Positions 18,314-23,363 of a stretch of 23,363 bases of DNA are shown in pieces. Position 1 is the first letter of the stretch. Every line of letters starts with the position of its first letter. The translations under genes were made by a program, and so were the position numbers. The notes under the pieces are model-generated. The model was given only the letters and a program-made list of their open reading frames with translations. It had not been told where the DNA came from and did no database searches. Location of the stretch: positions 1 through 23,363 of the forward strand of contig JBNJFB010000038.1 in NCBI GenBank assembly GCA_051746405.1, in the 5' to 3' direction. This DNA comes from Campylobacterota bacterium (GTDB lineage: Bacteria > Campylobacterota > Campylobacteria > Campylobacterales > Arcobacteraceae).

Positions 18314-18343
18314 TTGAGATTTTACAAACAGTTATGATACAAT
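18314..18343 (+). promoter_or_regulatory. Promoter of the TA pair
   Basis: TTGAGA (18314-18319), 18 bp, TACAAT preceded by TGn (TGATACAAT 18335-18343). GGAG SD before ATG 18374. Confidence 0.55.
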
Positions 18344-18373
18344 AAAAGATAAAATGTAAGGAGATGTAATCCT

Positions 18374-18583
18374 ATGACTATGAATGTAACTATAAAAGAT
18401 GAGTATATAAAACAGTTTGAAGAGGCTATGAAAACTTTACCAAAAGATGCAGTTGAGATTAAAAAATCATTAGATGAAGAGATAAAAAAAAGATCACAAG
18501 AGTACAGAAGCGGAAATATGAAAACAGAACCTTTTGGAACAGGACTTGATAGAATTAGGGAGAAATTAGTATCTCAACTTTAA
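18374..18583 (+). CDS. Putative type II antitoxin
   Basis: 69-aa charged protein directly upstream of and overlapping a RelE/ParE-like gene. Assignment is from context. Confidence 0.7.
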   Translation: MTMNVTIKDEYIKQFEEAMKTLPKDAVEIKKSLDEEIKKRSQEYRSGNMKTEPFGTGLDRIREKLVSQL

Positions 18584-18855
18584 TTCTAGAACAGTCACCA
18601 AGGTTTGAATTTGAAATGGAAGAAATTGTAGACTTTATAGCAATTGATAGTATTGAACAAGCACTAAAATTTTATGATGAACTGTACCAAAAAATAAAAA
18701 AGATACCTCTTCAACCATATATTTATAGAAAAAAAGATGATGATGAAAACTTACGTGAACTTATTTATAAAGGATACACAATACCTTTTGTGATAGACAA
18801 AGAAAATTATAAAATTATTATTTTAGGAATTTTTAATCAAAACCTCTGGAACTAA
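18583..18855 (+). CDS. RelE/ParE family toxin; start uncertain (first ATG at 18616, frame open upstream)
   Basis: F...MEEIVDFIA.DS...A..F...L...I..IP.QPY.YR, RELIYKGYTIPF, IIILGIF. In-frame upstream ILEQSPRFEFE resembles the ParE beta1/alpha1. Confidence 0.8.
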   Translation: MLEQSPRFEFEMEEIVDFIAIDSIEQALKFYDELYQKIKKIPLQPYIYRKKDDDENLRELIYKGYTIPFVIDKENYKIIILGIFNQNLWN

Positions 18856-19049
18856 TACATAAAAAAATAGTTACCACTCCATAGATTTTCATATATCAAA
18901 GCATGAGATTAATTTTTAAATTAAGCTAATTAAACTCTATATTTATAAGATTTTATTATGATAAGTATATAATTATTATATATAATTCTTAATGAGATTT
19001 TAATCATAAAAACTCTATATTACGTATATATTTTAAAATAGGAGTTAAG

Positions 19050-19568
19050 ATGAAATTATCAAAAATTATTGCAGCTTTAGCACTTGCTTTTAGTTCAATG
19101 CTTGCAAGTGAGTTTATAAGTTATGGAGATGTAGCAAGTAAACTAATCCAAGAGAATAAGAAAAATGGAAATTATGCAACTATTGCAGATGTAAAAAAAG
19201 CTTTAAAAGCAGATGATTGGTTAGTAGCAGATGTAAGAACAAAAGAGGAGTGGTCAGCTGCTCATATTAAAGGTACAGTTAGAGTAGGAAGACAAGCACC
19301 TGAAAAAGCTCTTGAAAATTTTGTATCTGATTTAGATGATAACTTTGTGAAGAAAAAGTTAATAGTAGTTTGTAATAGTGCAAAAAGAGCATCAATTGAA
19401 GCTCAAACATTTAAACAAATGGGATTTGAAAATGTTAAAATTTTTGATTTATACTCATGGATTGATGAGTGTAATCCAGTTACAACAACATACTCTGTAA
19501 AAAAAGATAAAAAAGGTACTGGACTTAGATTTGGTTCATTCTACGCACAACACTGTAAAGAAAAATAA
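19050..19568 (+). CDS. Exported rhodanese-domain sulfurtransferase
   Basis: Signal peptide, DVRTKEEW..AHIKG, active-site loop VCNSAKRA, FKQMGF. AGGAG SD. Confidence 0.85.
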   Translation: MKLSKIIAALALAFSSMLASEFISYGDVASKLIQENKKNGNYATIADVKKALKADDWLVADVRTKEEWSAAHIKGTVRVGRQAPEKALENFVSDLDDNFVKKKLIVVCNSAKRASIEAQTFKQMGFENVKIFDLYSWIDECNPVTTTYSVKKDKKGTGLRFGSFYAQHCKEK

Positions 19569-19593
19569 GGTGAAGTTAAAACTTCGCCTTATT
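19564..19593. terminator. Bidirectional terminator between the convergent rhodanese and photolyase genes
   Basis: AATAAGGTGAAGT-TAAA-ACTTCGCCTTATT, 13-bp stem with one non-WC pair. The arms contain both stop codons. Confidence 0.7.
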
Positions 19594-20869
19594 GGTTAAA
19601 TACCTCAGTTTTAGTCTTATTGGCTAAACCTACATAATCAACCTTTGGCACTTGCTCTTCTTTGTCAAGCCAAAATCTAACATACTTTTTACCATTGTAC
19701 ATTTTTGATTGTTTCATAATATCAAAGACTCTGTAGGTTTTATCATTGCCAACAAAAGCCTGATATGCAAAGTTTCCACAGTTTGAAGCTGGGTTATAAT
19801 CAACTAAGTAGCTTTCAAAAAATGCAGCACAATATCGCCAATCTAACCCTAAGTTTTTTACAAAATAGCTTGCTACAAGTTGTCTATTTCGATTAGAAAG
19901 CCAACCTGTAATTTTTAACTCTTTTATACTTGCATCTATCAAATCTACTTTTGTATTTGCCATAAAAAAGTTTTCTAATAGCTTCTTATCATCTTTAAAA
20001 TTATAGTTTTTTTCTTTTAGTCCTTCTTTTAAAAAAAGCCTATTTTTTGAGTAGCGCATAACTAAATGAAAAAAATCACGCCATAAAAGCTCAAAATAGA
20101 GCCAGTATGAGGAATCACTCTCATAAGTTTTCTCTTCTTGTAGTTTTAGTCTATAATAAATTGTTCTAGGAGAGATTGTTCCAAAGGATAAGTATGGTGA
20201 AAACTTTGAAGAGTTATTAAATCCTAACATTTCATTTCGTGTAGTTTTATACTCATGAATAAAACCCATATACTCTTCTAGCCTATTTTTAGCTTCGTCT
20301 TCACCACCTTTGAAAAAAATCGCATCTTTTAACTTAGTAATAATTGGAATTTTAAAACTTATACTATCAAAACAGATAGTATCAACTTTTCTTGGAAAGC
20401 CTAAAGGTTTTGGCACTTGTTGTTTTTGGGCTTTCTTCCTAAAATGACTAAAGCTTTTCGTATAATCAAACACAAAAGGCTCTATCATAGTTTGTGTGAA
20501 GTAACTCTTGTAGTCATAAGTTTTTAAAAGCTGCTCAAACTTATGCTCATATACTCCAACCTCTTCATTAAAATAAAGCTTTATCTCATACTTTTCACTA
20601 AGCTGCAACAATGAAGCTTTTATACTGTTTGTATAGCATAAATTTACACCAAAACTTTTGAGATTTTTTTCTAAATTTAGTAATGACTCTTTTAAAAAAG
20701 CCTCTTTAAATACTTCATATCTTTTAAATCCCAAATAGTTCTGGTTTGATAACATGTCTTCAAAGCTATACAAACCTAAAACCACATCATTCTCTTTACA
20801 AGCATGATATAAACTTGAATTGTCATCAACTCTAAGGTTGTTTCTAAAAATTACAATAGCTACTTTCAT
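19589..20869 (-). CDS. Cryptochrome DASH-like / DNA photolyase family protein
   Basis: FRNNLRV.DN, GGE.EA..RL, Y..TRN.M, SKFSPYL..G.ISPR, WL.FELLWRDFF, SNR.RQ..AS, VGND. Start set to ATG 20869 (MKVAIVIFR); the ORF-track start at 20887 lies upstream of a TATAAT. Confidence 0.88.
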   Translation of the reverse strand: MKVAIVIFRNNLRVDDNSSLYHACKENDVVLGLYSFEDMLSNQNYLGFKRYEVFKEAFLKESLLNLEKNLKSFGVNLCYTNSIKASLLQLSEKYEIKLYFNEEVGVYEHKFEQLLKTYDYKSYFTQTMIEPFVFDYTKSFSHFRKKAQKQQVPKPLGFPRKVDTICFDSISFKIPIITKLKDAIFFKGGEDEAKNRLEEYMGFIHEYKTTRNEMLGFNNSSKFSPYLSFGTISPRTIYYRLKLQEEKTYESDSSYWLYFELLWRDFFHLVMRYSKNRLFLKEGLKEKNYNFKDDKKLLENFFMANTKVDLIDASIKELKITGWLSNRNRQLVASYFVKNLGLDWRYCAAFFESYLVDYNPASNCGNFAYQAFVGNDKTYRVFDIMKQSKMYNGKKYVRFWLDKEEQVPKVDYVGLANKTKTEVFNQ

Positions 20870-20932
20870 AGAAACATTATAAAACAAAATCTATACGATT
20901 GATAGATAAAAAATGTCTTTTAAAAGATTTAT

Positions 20933-21307
20933 TTATGAAGCCTTTTGTTTATCTATATAGTTTCTACACTCTACACAGTATCTTGCGTGGGGCTTTACTC
21001 TTAATCTTTTCATAGTGATATTGCTATCACACATTTCACAAAGTCCTGTAAAACTACTATCTTCAATTCTTAACAAAGAGTAGTTAATCATACTAAGCTC
21101 TTTTAATTGTTGATTTTTTATATGTATATCAGTTGTGTAATCTCTGCTAGCTGCTGCAAAGTCAGCTTCATCATTTAAATCCATACTACTTAATGATTCA
21201 TGTTCATTTGAAATAGTGTTTAATGTAGTCTCTATTTTAGTTTTACTTTCTAATAAAAGGTTTTTTATCTCTTCAATTTGCTTTTTATTTAAAACTCTAT
21301 TTGACAT
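20933..21307 (-). CDS. dksA: DksA/TraR family RNA polymerase-binding protein
   Basis: Coiled-coil tip DEADFA (DxxDxA), zinc finger CEMC...I...RL...P....CVEC. Orthologue or paralogue status is unknown. Confidence 0.85.
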   Translation of the reverse strand: MSNRVLNKKQIEEIKNLLLESKTKIETTLNTISNEHESLSSMDLNDEADFAAASRDYTTDIHIKNQQLKELSMINYSLLRIEDSSFTGLCEMCDSNITMKRLRVKPHARYCVECRNYIDKQKAS

Positions 21308-21410
21308 CGTTGATTCCTATAGTTTTTATATTAACGATGAAATTATAATATAGATTAGTAACTATTTGGTTTCATTTATGTATATTTTTTATATAAGTAT
21401 AATATTTTAA

Positions 21411-21428
21411 CATACCTAAACAGGTATG
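21411..21428 (-). terminator. Hairpin immediately after the hypothetical gene
   Basis: CATACCT-AAAC-AGGTATG, 7-bp stem abutting the TAG stop. Confidence 0.5.
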
Positions 21429-21896
21429 CTAAAAGATCTCTTTTACTAACTGCCTATAGGCATTATCAATTCTTTCATGCCCTTGTTTCACTGATTCATC
21501 ATGGTCTAATTTACTTGATAAAAGAATATTTAAGCTATCTTCTATAGAGTCTTCATCCGCAACTATTTCTATGCCATCAACATTTGCAAAGTCATTTGAA
21601 ACTAGTTTATTAAAAGTTTCAATAGCAATCTCATTTTCTTTATCTAAAATCTCAATAGCTTTAGAGATAAAAGCATCACCCTCTTCTTTAAAAAGATTCA
21701 ATGAAGAGTTATCAATATCACAATACACTTCTAAACTATCACAAATATCTCTACTTTTAAGTTTATAAAAATCTTCAATATGCTCTCTTTGAATATTTAA
21801 AACTTCAACTAAATCTCCCTCATGACTCTCAAAACTCTTTTTTTTGATAACCACATCATTAAGACAAATATTCTCATCAATAATTTTTAAACTCAT
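21429..21896 (-). CDS. Acidic hypothetical protein
   Basis: D/E-rich ORF. Start set to ATG 21896 because GGAG lies 6 nt upstream (ORF-track start is 21908). No motif recognised. Confidence 0.7.
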   Translation of the reverse strand: MSLKIIDENICLNDVVIKKKSFESHEGDLVEVLNIQREHIEDFYKLKSRDICDSLEVYCDIDNSSLNLFKEEGDAFISKAIEILDKENEIAIETFNKLVSNDFANVDGIEIVADEDSIEDSLNILLSSKLDHDESVKQGHERIDNAYRQLVKEIF

Positions 21897-21910
21897 AATA
21901 AGCTCCATTT

Positions 21911-21955
21911 TTAAGATATAACTATCTTAACTAATAAACGTAACTTTAACGTAAC
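21911..21955. promoter_or_regulatory. Palindrome plus 11-bp-period direct repeat upstream of the hypothetical gene
   Basis: TTAAGATA-TAAC-TATCTTAA (21911-21930) and AACGTAAC at 21937-21944 and 21948-21955. Confidence 0.45.
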
Positions 21956-22240
21956 ATTACTGTGATTTTTTAATATTTTTTTGAAGAAATTTAATTAATG
22001 GATTATATACATATTTATTATTATTTTATTGTCTAATATAAAAATTAAAATTAAAAAAGTGGTATATTAAAGAAAATAGAGGGTAGTAATTTTATATATA
22101 GTAATTAGTAATATTATTAAATATCTCTTTTTTGTATAATATTTTCATAAATTACATTAAGAGTAAAAAAAGATGAGTTTGATATGGTTTTAGCTATAAT
22201 ATCACATAGAAACAAGTATCTTAAAAGATAAGGAACATGG

Positions 22241-23229
22241 ATGATGAAACTACAAAAGCTACCCATAGGTATACAAACATTTAGCAAAATACGCGAGGGC
22301 AACTATATCTATATCGATAAAACAGATATAGCCTATGATATTATAGAAAGATATCAGTATGTTTTTTTATCTCGTCCTAGAAGATTTGGAAAGTCTTTGT
22401 TTCTTGATACTCTTAGAAATATATTTGAGGGAAATAAAAAGTATTTTAGTGGTTTAGCTATAGAAGATAAATGGAATTGGGAGACTAGTTATCCTGTGAT
22501 ACAGATCTCTTTTGCTGAGGGTAGAATCAAATCTATACAAGACCTTGAAGAAAAATTTGAAGAGATTTTTCAATGGAATCAAAAGCAATTAGATATTACT
22601 TGCCAATATAAAGCAAGTGATAGAAGATGCTTTAGTGAACTTATACGAAAAGCAAATGAAAAATATAACCAAAAAGTAGTTGTTCTTGTAGATGAGTATG
22701 ATAAACCCATCTTAGATAATATTACAAACTCTATTTTAGCTAAAGAGATAAGAGATGGACTTGTAAACTTCTATAGCGTAATCAAGGGAAGTGATGAATT
22801 CTTACGATTTGCATTTCTTACAGGGGTAAGTAAATTTACAAAAACCTCTATCTTTAGTGGGCTTAATAATATTACTGACATATCTTTAAATAAAAATTAT
22901 GGGGATATATGTGGATATAGTCAAAACGATTTAGAGACAACCTTTAAACCATATTTCAATGGTGTAGATATGAAAAAACTCAAGTGTTGGTACAATGGCT
23001 ACAACTTCTTAAAAAACAATATGTATAATCCTTTTGATATACTTCAATTTATAGCCAATGACCAAACATTTAAAAACTACTGGTTTGAAACGGGAACACC
23101 TACATTTTTGATGGAACTTATTAAAAAGCAAAACTACTTTTTGCCAACTCTTACAAACCTAAGAGTAGATAGTTTGATACAAATCAGAGAAATATAAGTA
23201 ACTTTGAGTGGGAGAAAAAAAAGATATAA
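22241..23229 (+). pseudogene. AAA-ATPase-like/PD-(D/E)XK nuclease family gene with a large internal deletion and frameshift
   Basis: LPIGIQTF..IR..NY.YIDKT, Walker A SRPRRFGKS, Walker B LVDEYDKP, WYNGY, YWFETG. The ORF stops at 23197 with no nuclease domain. A family-like C-terminus FDTNQRNISNFEWEKKKI* is in another frame at 23173-23229. Confidence 0.75.
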
Positions 23230-23245
23230 TCCAAATTAATTTAAA

Positions 23246-23363
23246 TTATTTAGATAAACTCTTTCCTACTAAATACCCACTAGCCCATGCAAAGTGCAGG
23301 TTAAATCCACCCCTATTTCCTACTATATCTAAAACCTCTCCTGCAAAGTATAAGTCTTTGCAT
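23246..23363 (-). CDS. 3' end of an HI0933/YhiN/BaiN-family flavoprotein (partial; not in the ORF track)
   Basis: Minus strand translates CKDLYFAGEVLDIVGNRGGFNLHFAWASGYLVGKSLSK*, the family's C-terminal LYFAGE..D..G..GG.N...A..SG motif. Confidence 0.9.
   Translation of the reverse strand, partial: CKDLYFAGEVLDIVGNRGGFNLHFAWASGYLVGKSLSK

Noticed and set aside
21571..22302. ORFs 21571-21768 (+) and 22117-22302 (-)
   Set aside because: Antisense to better-supported genes, with no recognisable features.
17740..23229. Right-hand region as a prophage, IS or integrated element
   Set aside because: No integrase, transposase, att-like repeats or terminal inverted repeats were recognised. It looks like piecemeal accessory genes.
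1..23363. CRISPR array, tRNA, riboswitch or other structured ncRNA
   Set aside because: No regularly spaced repeats, cloverleaf motifs or GC-rich structured intergenic segments were seen. A covariance-model search would be needed to exclude small ncRNAs.

Overview
Very AT-rich bacterial chromosome segment. Gene content and promoter style point to Campylobacterota, most likely Arcobacteraceae (inference). The left edge carries a perfect sigma70 promoter firing out of the window, probably for a stable-RNA (rRNA/tRNA) operon. Core genes follow: yccA-like, thiD2-like, bioC-like, secG, polysaccharide deacetylase, frr, pyrE and RDD. Next come a signalling trio (REC-PAS-coiled-coil protein, orphan solute-binding protein, Cache/PAS histidine kinase), then yaaA, ychJ, comEA, a Crp/Fnr regulator and ung. 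A ThDP-enzyme plus aldehyde-dehydrogenase operon follows, with a Fur-like box in its leader, then a HAD phosphatase and a Bcr/CflA MFS. The right third looks accessory: RelE/ParE TA pair, secreted rhodanese, CRY-DASH-like photolyase, dksA-like gene, two hypotheticals, an internally deleted AAA/PD-(D/E)XK pseudogene and the 3' end of an HI0933-family flavoprotein. Best leads: (1) a possibly Fur-controlled 2-oxoacid decarboxylase/ALDH bypass; (2) a CRY-DASH with two of three Trp-triad residues replaced by Phe and an apparently leaderless start; (3) a deletion scar in the AAA-nuclease gene; (4) a ParE toxin lacking a canonical start for its N-terminus. No tRNA, rRNA body, CRISPR array or IS element was recognised. 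All calls rest on by-eye motif recognition, with no searches run.
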